A stretch of 64,000 nt of DNA from an uncultured Alphaproteobacteria bacterium (GTDB lineage Bacteria > Pseudomonadota > Alphaproteobacteria > CAAHEQ01 > UBA3637): assembly GCA_944392555.1 (NCBI GenBank), contig CALXWZ010000006.1:5543-69542 (forward strand). Reading direction: 5' to 3'. The notes under the pieces are model-generated. The model worked only from the letters and a program-made list of their open reading frames with translations. It made no database searches and was not told the origin of the DNA. This document shows positions 38,971 to 48,018 of this stretch, piece by piece. Numbering within the stretch: the stretch's first letter is position 1; each line of letters starts with the position of its first letter. The position numbers and the translations under genes were made by a program.

Positions 38971-39824
38971 AGCAACAACACGTCACTTCCGTTTCGGCAT
39001 CGGAAGCAGTTGCCGAGGGACCTATATTTTCTGTGTCCGATACCTCGCCTACTCCCGAATCTGCGGAATTTCAATCTATTGCCCAAGCAAGAACCATTTT
39101 GCTTTTAGGGGAAGATGGAGCCGAACGCTTGAAAAAGTCGCATGTTATGGTTGCGGGGTGCGGTGCCGTGGGCGGTATGGCAATAGAAGCACTGGCGCGA
39201 ACGGGTGTCGGCAAAATAACCGTAGTGGATTTTGATTGTTTTTCACCCAGCAATCTCAATCGCCAAATTTTAGCAACGATACCGACGATGGGTATTGACA
39301 AAACGGAAGTGGCCTGTCAGCGCATTGCACAAATTAACCCGACAATAACCGTTATTCAAAAACAATTATGCGTTAATGCAAACACGATTGACTCTCTTTT
39401 TAACGAATCCCCCGATTTTGTGATTGACGCCATTGATTCATTAAATCCGAAAACAACGCTCATTGAAGCCTTAATCAATCGCCGTATTCCTTTTATTTCC
39501 GCCATGGGAGCGGCTCTTAAAACCGATTTAACGCGCATCAAAATCGCACCGATGAAAAAAACAATTCAATGCCCGCTGGCAGCATTTGTGCGCAAACGAC
39601 TCCGCCGACGCGGAATTGATTTATCGTTTCCCGTTGTATATTCCGATGAATGCGTTTCCGATAAAGCACACTTAGGCGCACCCGATGGGGAAAGTAATCG
39701 CCATACCATGGGGTCAATCATAACCGTTACGGGTATATTCGGTTTAATGTGCGCCCATTTTGCCATTCAACATATTATTGATCAGTCTTCTTTACAAGAT
39801 ACTACACAGGATACTACGCAATGA
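38967..39824 (+). CDS. tcdA: tRNA threonylcarbamoyladenosine dehydratase (ThiF/E1-like, TcdA/CsdL)
   Basis: VAGCGAVGGMAIEALARTGVGKITVVDFD...NLNRQ Rossmann/E1 motif. Overlaps the tatD stop by 4 nt. Confidence 0.75.
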   Translation: MKQQHVTSVSASEAVAEGPIFSVSDTSPTPESAEFQSIAQARTILLLGEDGAERLKKSHVMVAGCGAVGGMAIEALARTGVGKITVVDFDCFSPSNLNRQILATIPTMGIDKTEVACQRIAQINPTITVIQKQLCVNANTIDSLFNESPDFVIDAIDSLNPKTTLIEALINRRIPFISAMGAALKTDLTRIKIAPMKKTIQCPLAAFVRKRLRRRGIDLSFPVVYSDECVSDKAHLGAPDGESNRHTMGSIITVTGIFGLMCAHFAIQHIIDQSSLQDTTQDTTQ

Positions 39825-42301
39825 ATAGTTTATTTGATATAGACGAACCCGAAAACGACAATACGGCACAATCAAATGCCGATTTGAATAACGCCACCTC
39901 GTTTAATCCGCTGGATGAAGCCGTTGAATCTATTTTTCATACAACATCGTCGGAAGAATCACGCATAAACGATTCTTTTTCCCGCAAAGTACCCGATACT
40001 GCTTTACGCATTCCGGCACCGACTTTTTTAGATGAGTTAAATCCGGAACAACGTCAAGCTGTTGAAACAACTGATGGACCGCTCCTTGTTTTATCCGGTG
40101 CCGGCACGGGGAAAACAAAAGTCCTCACCACCCGAATCGCCTATATTATCCAGCAAAGAAAGGCTTTGCCATGGCAAATTTTAGCCGTCACATTTACCAA
40201 CAAAGCCTCAAAGGAGATGAAATCACGTCTGGAACGGCTTATCGGCGGAGATGCCTTTTCCGTTTGGCTCGGCACGTTTCACGCCATCGGAATTAAAATT
40301 TTACGCAAGTTCGGAGACCGAATCGGGTTAGCACCCAACTTCATCGTTCTCGGTTCGGATGATCAAGAAAGACTCATCAAAAAACTAATGCAGGAAGCGG
40401 GCATTGATATCAAAAAATATACACCCGCTACCATGTTGGAAATCATTCAACGCTGGAAAGATAAAGGGTTGCTCCCCGAACACGTTTCTTCGGCACATCA
40501 ATCTTCATTCTGCAACGGACAGGCATTATATTTTTACCGCCAATACCAACAAAAATTGCGAGCACTCAACGCCGTTGATTTCGGTGATTTACTTTTACTG
40601 CCGTTAGCATTATTTCAACAAGATGCTTCTGTTTTACGGCAATATCAGCAACAATTCAAATATATTTTGGTTGATGAATATCAAGATACAAACGTGGCTC
40701 AATATCTTTTATTACGTTTGCTGGCAAAGGGGCATAATAATTTATGTTGCGTTGGAGATGATGATCAATCCATTTATTCCTGGCGCGGAGCGGAAGTGGA
40801 AAATATTTTAAGTTTTCAAACAATTTTCCCCGATGCTAAAATTATTCGTCTGGAACGCAATTATCGGTCCACGGGGCATATTTTAAACGCCGCCGCTGCA
40901 TTGATCGCACATAATACGGGGCGTCTCGGCAAAACACTCAAACCGATTGATTCGCATAATCAAGGCAAGCGCCTTTCCGTTAAAGAATACTTCAACGGGA
41001 ATCAAGAAGCCGAACAAATCGTAGAAAAAATCAACGAAACATACCGTGCCGGCGGATTGCTCGGCGAAACGGCTATTCTGGTTCGCGCCACATTTCAAAC
41101 GCGTTTATTTGAAGAAAAGTTATTGCAAGCCGGCATTCCTTATAAAATCATCGGCGGATTTAAGTTTTATGAACGTGAAGAAATTAAAGATGCCGTTGCT
41201 TATTTGCGATTAGCGTTGAACACAAATGATGACTTGGCTTTTTTGCGTATTGTCAATAAGCCGAAACGAGGTATTGGAAAACAGGCAATGGAGGCGTTGG
41301 AGCAAACAACTGCCGAAAAGCATATCAGTTTGTTTGATGCGATTACATGGGCTCCCTTGCGTCCCGCCGTTCGTAAGGCGTTGGAATCTTTTGTAACGCT
41401 CATTAAACGCGCCCACGAATTAACCCAAACGGAAAAACCGGCCGATACGGCTAAATTGATATTGGAAGAAAGCGGGTATATTCAAATGTGGCAAATGGAT
41501 AAATCTCCCGAATCGGAGGGGCGGATTGAAAATATCAACGAATTATATAACGTTTTGGAGGATTTTGAAGATATCGAATCATTTATTGAATATGCCTCAT
41601 TGGTAACGGATACGGATGAAAATACTACCGGAGATCAGTTGGTTGTGATGACGTTGCACGCCTCCAAGGGATTGGAATTTAAAACGGTATTTTTACCCGG
41701 CTGGGAAGATGGATTATTTCCCCATCAAAAAGCGTTGGATGAATCGGGCGACATTGGTTTGGAAGAAGAACGAAGATTAGCGTATGTGGGAATCACGCGC
41801 GCGAAACGGGAAGTTTTCATTTCCTATGCTCAAAGCAGAAAATTATACGGACAATGGATTAATCCGATACCCAGTCGTTTCATCAATGAATTACCGGAAG
41901 AAGATATTGATTTTAAACCGCTGTGTTCATACAATCATTTTAACGGCACTTCATCACAATCCGAAGAAAGGTATCATTCTTCCTCTACTTTTGAAGATTA
42001 TTTCTTTGACACACGAGATGAATCACATTCTGCCGAAAGACATCGCCCCGTCAGTCGCTGGGATAGAGAATCCGTTTCAAGCGGATTTGAAACAGGATTT
42101 GATTCATCTCCCGCACAATTCGTTGCTCCGTTTTTTAAAAGCTCATCAAACAAAAAATCCAAACGAATCGGCAAACGTGTGCGACATGAAACATTCGGCC
42201 TCGGAACGGTTGTCCGCGAAGAAGGCGAACGGCTGGATATTCGCTTTGATTCGGGAGAACTCAAAAAAATTATGGCACGATTCGTTGAATTGGCGGAATG
42301 A
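39821..42301 (+). CDS. uvrD: UvrD/Rep-family ATP-dependent DNA helicase
   Basis: SF1 motifs GAGTGKT, DEYQDTN, VGDDDQSIYSWRGA and TLHASKGLEF. C-terminal small domain GKRVRHETFGLGTVV. Confidence 0.85.
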   Translation: MNSLFDIDEPENDNTAQSNADLNNATSFNPLDEAVESIFHTTSSEESRINDSFSRKVPDTALRIPAPTFLDELNPEQRQAVETTDGPLLVLSGAGTGKTKVLTTRIAYIIQQRKALPWQILAVTFTNKASKEMKSRLERLIGGDAFSVWLGTFHAIGIKILRKFGDRIGLAPNFIVLGSDDQERLIKKLMQEAGIDIKKYTPATMLEIIQRWKDKGLLPEHVSSAHQSSFCNGQALYFYRQYQQKLRALNAVDFGDLLLLPLALFQQDASVLRQYQQQFKYILVDEYQDTNVAQYLLLRLLAKGHNNLCCVGDDDQSIYSWRGAEVENILSFQTIFPDAKIIRLERNYRSTGHILNAAAALIAHNTGRLGKTLKPIDSHNQGKRLSVKEYFNGNQEAEQIVEKINETYRAGGLLGETAILVRATFQTRLFEEKLLQAGIPYKIIGGFKFYEREEIKDAVAYLRLALNTNDDLAFLRIVNKPKRGIGKQAMEALEQTTAEKHISLFDAITWAPLRPAVRKALESFVTLIKRAHELTQTEKPADTAKLILEESGYIQMWQMDKSPESEGRIENINELYNVLEDFEDIESFIEYASLVTDTDENTTGDQLVVMTLHASKGLEFKTVFLPGWEDGLFPHQKALDESGDIGLEEERRLAYVGITRAKREVFISYAQSRKLYGQWINPIPSRFINELPEEDIDFKPLCSYNHFNGTSSQSEERYHSSSTFEDYFFDTRDESHSAERHRPVSRWDRESVSSGFETGFDSSPAQFVAPFFKSSSNKKSKRIGKRVRHETFGLGTVVREEGERLDIRFDSGELKKIMARFVELAE

Positions 42302-42351
42302 TAACACTTCACCGCACTATTGCAAACAACACTCCAACTACCCTAAAACAC

Positions 42352-42378
42352 TAAAAAAGCCTGCCGTTATCGGCAGAC
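42352..42378 (-). terminator. Probable intrinsic terminator after the SulP gene
   Basis: CTGCCG-ttat-CGGCAG hairpin. The minus strand has a T-run (complement of A6 at 42353-42358). Confidence 0.5.
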
Positions 42379-42431
42379 TTCTTTAGTTTCTCGGTTAACC
42401 GAATATATGTCGGCCAACACGGTTTTATTCT

Positions 42432-44162
42432 TTATGCGGTAGCGCTTTTTGCCAACTGATGCAAGCAACGTTTTGCCATTTTAACGGCATTTTGATAATT
42501 AGATGCCGTTGAAATTCTATGCCAATCCAAATGTTCACGCAAAAAGGTGTTGTGCAAAATACGGCGCGGTTGTTTTTTAATGTTACACAAAATAACTTTT
42601 GTATCATTTTGTTCCAACTTTTTAATAAATTCAACCAACAAGTTTGCACCGCTGGCATCAACCATCGGCACCTGCCCCATTCTTAAAATCAAAATTTTCG
42701 GTTTGCTCCGTAATTGATTAAAGAATTTTGAAATTTCATTAACCCCACCGAAGAAAAGCGGTCCGGATACACGCAAAGCAATTACCCCTTGCTCCGTCAA
42801 CACTTCCGGCAAACTTTCGCCCCCGAAAATTTCTTCCGACATTTTATCTTCCGTTTCAATTTCAATTTCACGGCTCATCCGATGCATAAAGATAATCGTT
42901 GCCATAATAAAGCCAACGGAGATGGCTGTATTTAAATCAACAAACACCGTAAGCAAGAATGTTGCGAGCAAGGTATTTCTATCCCCTGCCTGAGCACGCA
43001 ATAAATTATACATCTTATCAAGCCCCAACATATTCCAGCCGATAATAATCAACACAACGGCCAAACAAGCCAACGGCACATACTGCGCAACCGATGCAAA
43101 TGCTAACATAAACAACAAAATAAACACGGCATGCATAATACCGGCAACGGGAGAATATGCATTGGCTTTAAAATTCGTTGCCGTGCGTGCAATGGTCCCT
43201 GTTGCAGGAATACCCATAAAAAATGCCGCTCCGATGTTGGCCACACCTTCCGCTACCAATTCCATATTTGAATTATGATTATCACCACTCATACCGTCAA
43301 CCACTTTGGCACTCAAAAGCGATTCGACACCGGCCAAAAATGCCACCGTTAACGCACTCGGCAATAACGTTAATATCAAAGAAAAGTCAAAAACATCAAA
43401 GTTTGGCTTCGGCAAAAAGTGTGGCAATGAACCAAATTGTGACCCAATCGTATTAACGGGTAAATTAAAAATAACAACAGGTAATGTTGCGCCGATAATA
43501 CTGATTAAATATGCAGGGCTTTTCGGGAAAAACTTTTTGCAAACAATAATAATGCCAAAAGCAAGAACCGCAATCAAAACCGCATAAATGTTGATTGTGT
43601 TCAGGTGAGAAAAATAAGCCCCCCACTTCGGTAATACGGCTGCCGGTAAAGAATCAATACGCAGTCCCAATAAATCCTTTATTTGCGTGGAAATTAACGT
43701 AATACCGATACCTGCCGTAAATCCGATAACAACGGGATACGGAATATATTTGATATACGTTCCGAATCGCAATAAGCCCGCAATAATCAATATAGCGCCC
43801 GATAAAATCATCGTGGTTAAAAGCGCCGTATATCCGTATTGACTGATAATGCCGAAAATAACGACAACAAATGCTCCCGTCGGTCCACCGATTTGATACC
43901 GTGAACCACTGAACAAGGCAATTAAAAAGCCGGCAACAATCGCCGTATATAACCCTTGCGCCGGTGTAACACCCGAGGCAATCGCCAATGCCATCGCCAA
44001 CGGAACGGATACAACGGCAACCGTCAATCCCGCCAAACAATCACGCATATATTCTTTAAGCGTATACTTTCTGCGAACAACTTCCACCAGTTTCGGCGTA
44101 AAATGCCGTATAAATGATTTCTTCGTTTTCGCCAAATCAATTATTTTTTTCATTTCCGACAT
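42432..44162 (-). CDS. SulP-family anion transporter with C-terminal STAS domain
   Basis: Polytopic N-terminal domain (SGSRYQIGGPTGAF) and a STAS-like tail (ILILRMGQVPMVDASGANLL). Confidence 0.85.
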   Translation of the reverse strand: MSEMKKIIDLAKTKKSFIRHFTPKLVEVVRRKYTLKEYMRDCLAGLTVAVVSVPLAMALAIASGVTPAQGLYTAIVAGFLIALFSGSRYQIGGPTGAFVVVIFGIISQYGYTALLTTMILSGAILIIAGLLRFGTYIKYIPYPVVIGFTAGIGITLISTQIKDLLGLRIDSLPAAVLPKWGAYFSHLNTINIYAVLIAVLAFGIIIVCKKFFPKSPAYLISIIGATLPVVIFNLPVNTIGSQFGSLPHFLPKPNFDVFDFSLILTLLPSALTVAFLAGVESLLSAKVVDGMSGDNHNSNMELVAEGVANIGAAFFMGIPATGTIARTATNFKANAYSPVAGIMHAVFILLFMLAFASVAQYVPLACLAVVLIIIGWNMLGLDKMYNLLRAQAGDRNTLLATFLLTVFVDLNTAISVGFIMATIIFMHRMSREIEIETEDKMSEEIFGGESLPEVLTEQGVIALRVSGPLFFGGVNEISKFFNQLRSKPKILILRMGQVPMVDASGANLLVEFIKKLEQNDTKVILCNIKKQPRRILHNTFLREHLDWHRISTASNYQNAVKMAKRCLHQLAKSATA

Positions 44163-44276
44163 CCTTTTTTATCTTCTGTTTTTATCACTTTTTTAAAAAC
44201 AGGCACTATATACGCAATTTTGCAATACGTCAAGATATAAAACATAAAAATTTATTTTTTTTCTTGCAAAAAACGG

Positions 44277-44305
44277 TTGACTTTTTCATTCCATATCCGT
44301 ATACT
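44277..44305 (+). promoter_or_regulatory. Promoter of the perR-rbr operon: TTGACT-17 nt-TATACT
   Basis: -35 at 44277-44282 and -10 at 44300-44305. Directly followed by two TATTAAGACT direct repeats (44311-44320 and 44327-44336). Confidence 0.6.
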
Positions 44306-44354
44306 CCTCTTATTAAGACTTATTACTATTAAGACTGATAGAAGAATAAACAAA

Positions 44355-44825
44355 ATGAAGCGCAATACAAAGCAACAGTCATATATTTCCGAAGCCGTTT
44401 CAGAGTTGCATCATCCGACGGCACAGGCAATCTATGAATACGTGAAGAAGAAATGTCCTTCTGTCAGTAAAGGAACGATTTATCGTGTATTGGCATCACT
44501 CGTTCAAGAAGGGAAAATCAACCAAATACAAATAGCGAACGGAGCGGATTTCTACGATTGGAACTGTATGCCACATCATCATTTAGTTTGCGAAACTTGC
44601 GGAACGATTTGTGACATTCCCGCTGATAAAATCAAAACATTCCACAACGATCAAGAATGTGCCGATATGTATATACGCACACATAGAATTTTATTTTTCG
44701 GGCAATGCGCAACATGTTATGCGCAAACGAAAAAGGAATTGTCCGAGCGCGGAGACGTTCAAGACTCCGAGCGGACGACACAAGAGAACGATACCGGGTT
44801 ATCGTTTGTATCAAACAACACATAA
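44355..44825 (+). CDS. Fur-family regulator, PerR-like
   Basis: Winged-helix region (ISKGTIYRVL), HHHLVCETCG and CATC metal sites. Directly upstream of rubrerythrin. Start set at ATG 44355. Confidence 0.8.
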   Translation: MKRNTKQQSYISEAVSELHHPTAQAIYEYVKKKCPSVSKGTIYRVLASLVQEGKINQIQIANGADFYDWNCMPHHHLVCETCGTICDIPADKIKTFHNDQECADMYIRTHRILFFGQCATCYAQTKKELSERGDVQDSERTTQENDTGLSFVSNNT

Positions 44826-44840
44826 AGAAAGGAAAACAAT

Positions 44841-45389
44841 ATGACAGCTCCAACATTAAAAGGTTCAAAAACGGAAGCAAACTTATGGGCAGCTTTTGCA
44901 GGTGAATCACAAGCACGCAACAAATACACATATTATGCTTCAAAAGCACGCAAAGACGGCTTTGTTCAAATTGCCAACATCTTTGAAGAAACAGCCAACA
45001 ATGAAAAAGAACACGCTGAAATTTGGTTTAAATTGTTGCACGATGGACAAATCCCGGGCACAGCCGAAAATTTAGCTGATGCTGCCGCCGGCGAAAACTA
45101 TGAATGGACGGATATGTATGCCGGTTTTGCCAAAACGGCTCGTGAAGAAGGATTTACACGGATTGCTACGTTATTTGAAATGGTCGGCAAGATTGAAAAA
45201 GAACACGAAGAAAGATACCGTAAACTTTTGAACAATGTTGAAAACGGCCTTGTTTTCTCACGCGACGGCGATATGATTTGGCAATGCTCTAACTGCGGAC
45301 ACATTGTTATCGGCAAAAATGCACCAAAAGTTTGTCCGGTTTGCGAACACGCACAAGCATACTTCCAAATCAAGGCAGAAAATTACTAA
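44841..45389 (+). CDS. rbr: Rubrerythrin
   Basis: Diiron four-helix domain ([25 protein letters not shown]) plus a C-terminal rubredoxin-like CSNCGH...CPVCEH. Confidence 0.9.
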   Translation: MTAPTLKGSKTEANLWAAFAGESQARNKYTYYASKARKDGFVQIANIFEETANNEKEHAEIWFKLLHDGQIPGTAENLADAAAGENYEWTDMYAGFAKTAREEGFTRIATLFEMVGKIEKEHEERYRKLLNNVENGLVFSRDGDMIWQCSNCGHIVIGKNAPKVCPVCEHAQAYFQIKAENY

Positions 45390-45422
45390 TTTTTGCCACA
45401 TACAAGCAAAAGCAAATAAAAA

Positions 45423-45456
45423 GCGGTTGTTCGGTTTACGAACAGCCGTTTTTTTT
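45423..45456 (+). terminator. Intrinsic terminator after rbr
   Basis: GCGGTTGTTCG-gttta-CGAACAGCCG hairpin (one G-T pair) followed by T8. Confidence 0.75.
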
Positions 45457-45683
45457 CGTTCCGCACACATCTCAAAAAGCCTATTCCAAATCATCAAAAT
45501 ACATTTTGCGCGAAATGCCATAAAGAACGGCAGATAAATTCTTGCGCAACATATATGCAAATAAAATTGCGATGGTTGCGAGATGATTCCCTGCATGATT
45601 TACCGGCTTAAATTTTTATTTTGCTTGCTTTTCGTAAAAGATATGATTATAATATCGTTAATTTGGGAAAGAGGAGATTTTTT

Positions 45684-46694
45684 ATGAACAAAAATAAATA
45701 TATGGATGAAATAGAAGAATTAAATTCACAAGATACTTCATCGCCCGATTCAGTTCGCAAAAAGCAATCGGGTCGCAAAGCCGTCAAGTCTCTTTTTATT
45801 TTTGTTTTATCGGTATTATGCGTTATCGGTATTATTTTAATCCATCGTTTACATAAAGATGCCGTAATTGATACAACAAATAAGATTCGTATTAACCGTA
45901 TGACACAGCCTCGAAAAGTTCATCCGCAAAATCCGGTCTTATCTCCCGCTACAACGAATACCGATATAACTCAATCCACACGCTTCTTAACCGAAAAGAA
46001 TGCCGGTTCATCAATCAGTCCGATTCCTTCGGAAGTTAAGTCGCAAAGTTTTTCCAAAAAATCGATGACGCCGTCAATGCAACAAACAACGCCCTCTACC
46101 GATGAAATTCCCACAAATGTCAAAACCGATGTTGCGCGACCGACCGATTCCGGCATTACCCCGACAATCGGCATTACGGTAAAAACAAATTACTCTTTGC
46201 GCGATGCGTTAATGTTTAAGGAACATTTCTTGAAAGGGTTATCATGCGAATCGGATTATCGCAAATTGATGAATGCCACACATAAAACAAGACAAATGCA
46301 ATCCACATTAAATTATTTATCTCCGTTTTGCTCCGACAGAGGAGAAATGTTTAAAGACATTCGCAACACTTTCTTGGAAAACAAACGCGATGCGTTAATT
46401 GCCATGTATAAGCTTCAAAATCCGGCTTGGTTAGCCTATATAAAAGCATTGTTTGTTTCCGTTATCGAAGTGCGCAGATTAAATCCGAAGTCAACAAAAC
46501 CGAAAGATATTATTTATAAAGCACAAAGCGAACTCTACCAGCAAAATATTACAAAGGCGGAAACATTATTACGCGCTCTGCCGTTGCCGATGCAAGAAGC
46601 AATGGGCGATTTCTTCCGCGATGCCGAAATTTATATGCGGGCAGATGAAAGTCTGAATAAATTGATTTTATCTTTTGAACGTCAAGGAGAATAA
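45684..46694 (+). CDS. Membrane-anchored protein in the HemX/alphaproteobacterial Mic60-like position upstream of the hemY-like gene
   Basis: ATG 45684 has GAGGAG upstream. One TM segment (LFIFVLSVLCVIGIILI), an S/T/P-rich spacer, then a C-terminal helical block ending ..AETLLRALPLPMQEAMGDFFRDAEIYMRADESLNKLIL, resembling the mitofilin-type C-terminus. Confidence 0.5.
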   Translation: MNKNKYMDEIEELNSQDTSSPDSVRKKQSGRKAVKSLFIFVLSVLCVIGIILIHRLHKDAVIDTTNKIRINRMTQPRKVHPQNPVLSPATTNTDITQSTRFLTEKNAGSSISPIPSEVKSQSFSKKSMTPSMQQTTPSTDEIPTNVKTDVARPTDSGITPTIGITVKTNYSLRDALMFKEHFLKGLSCESDYRKLMNATHKTRQMQSTLNYLSPFCSDRGEMFKDIRNTFLENKRDALIAMYKLQNPAWLAYIKALFVSVIEVRRLNPKSTKPKDIIYKAQSELYQQNITKAETLLRALPLPMQEAMGDFFRDAEIYMRADESLNKLILSFERQGE

Positions 46695-46698
46695 GAAA

Positions 46699-47880
46699 AT
46701 GCTCAAACTGATTATAACACTTGCCACACTTTTCTTTGCCGGTTTTTTAATTGTAAATGATCATTGGTTTATCACGGTTTCCGCATTCGGATATGAAGTG
46801 ACGGTTTCCAGCATCTTGGTCTTACTGAGTATTTTAGTTCTCATCTATCTGCTCCGTTTGATTAAAGCGCCGTTTCGCTGGCTCAGTCAATTATCCGGCA
46901 AGCGCACCTTATCCAAACAAAGCAAGCGAGAGGCTTATTTAAAAAATGTTATGCTGGCCGTTTTAGAGAATAATGCCATTCAAAAAGCGCAATTATTAAA
47001 ACAAAAAAATACGTATTTCAAAAAAGAGCCGGAAGCCGTTATCGTTCAAGCATTTTTGGCACCGGATAAATCCGTTTTTACAACGCTTGCGGAACAAAAA
47101 GAAACGGAGTTGGCGGGATTATACGGACTTTATGAGTCGGCTAAAAAAACGGGAAATCCCGAAGAAACGGAAACCGTTTTAAAAAAAGCAACTGCAAATT
47201 ACGGCAATATCCCTTGGGTAATGCAAGCCGTATTTGATTTTGCTTTGGTGGAGCACGATTGGGAAAAAGCCATAACGCAACTGGACTTATTGAAGAAAAA
47301 TCAATTAATCTCAAAAGAGGATTATCGCAACGGTTTGGCGGCATTGCATTTAAAAACGGGTGATGCCCAAAAAGCATTTGAAGCAGATTCCGGTAACCCG
47401 TTTTTCGCATTAAGTTATGCGGCCGAAAATCCTAAAAAAGCACCCGATATTTTGATGACTTCATGGCGTATCACGCCTTGCACGGAAACATATCTGGCGT
47501 ATATGAAATTATTTGAAGAGTTACCTGCCGGCAAGCAAATGAAAGCCCTCAAAAAACTCATTGCAAAAGATCCGACAAGTCGCCCTGCATTGCTTGCACT
47601 GGCGGATACAGGTATTCGTTTAGAATTATGGCGTGATGCAAAAGAAGCCATGGAAGTTTATTTGCAATCTTATCCGTTGACAAAGCAAGCCCGTCAGCTT
47701 ATGGCAACGATAATTCGCAAAGGTTGGCATCACGAAGAAGAAGCTCGCTTGTGGGAAAGTAAACCGATTGAGTCTGATTCGGAAGGTGGTTGGATTTGCA
47801 CGAAATGTAACCGCTTAACAACGGAATGGGATATTCTTTGCCCGAATTGTAATGCATTTGATACGATTATTTACAGATAA
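46699..47880 (+). CDS. HemY-like N-terminal domain/TPR protein with C-terminal zinc ribbon
   Basis: Two N-terminal TM segments (HemY_N-like), a TPR-like middle and a WICTKCNRLTTEWDILCPNCNAFD tail. ATG 46699 has AAGGAG upstream. Confidence 0.7.
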   Translation: MLKLIITLATLFFAGFLIVNDHWFITVSAFGYEVTVSSILVLLSILVLIYLLRLIKAPFRWLSQLSGKRTLSKQSKREAYLKNVMLAVLENNAIQKAQLLKQKNTYFKKEPEAVIVQAFLAPDKSVFTTLAEQKETELAGLYGLYESAKKTGNPEETETVLKKATANYGNIPWVMQAVFDFALVEHDWEKAITQLDLLKKNQLISKEDYRNGLAALHLKTGDAQKAFEADSGNPFFALSYAAENPKKAPDILMTSWRITPCTETYLAYMKLFEELPAGKQMKALKKLIAKDPTSRPALLALADTGIRLELWRDAKEAMEVYLQSYPLTKQARQLMATIIRKGWHHEEEARLWESKPIESDSEGGWICTKCNRLTTEWDILCPNCNAFDTIIYR

Positions 47881-47937
47881 TTGATAAAAAAGAAATTTGA
47901 GTTGCGAATAACAATCGCATATACGCGTAAAAACAAA

Positions 47938-47968
47938 CACCCTTTCGATATGAGAGGGTGTTTTATTT
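47938..47968 (+). terminator. Intrinsic terminator after the hemY-like gene
   Basis: CACCCTTTC-gatat-GAGAGGGTG hairpin followed by TTTTATTT. Confidence 0.7.
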
Positions 47969-48018
47969 AATCACTATACGCCATTGGCGCACATTTTATA
48001 TGCGTATCAACGCATACT

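Noticed and set aside
42425-42661. 78-aa minus-strand ORF overlapping the 3' end of the SulP gene in another frame.
   Set aside because: It is fully contained in the STAS-domain coding region of the 576-aa SulP ORF, with no independent SD.
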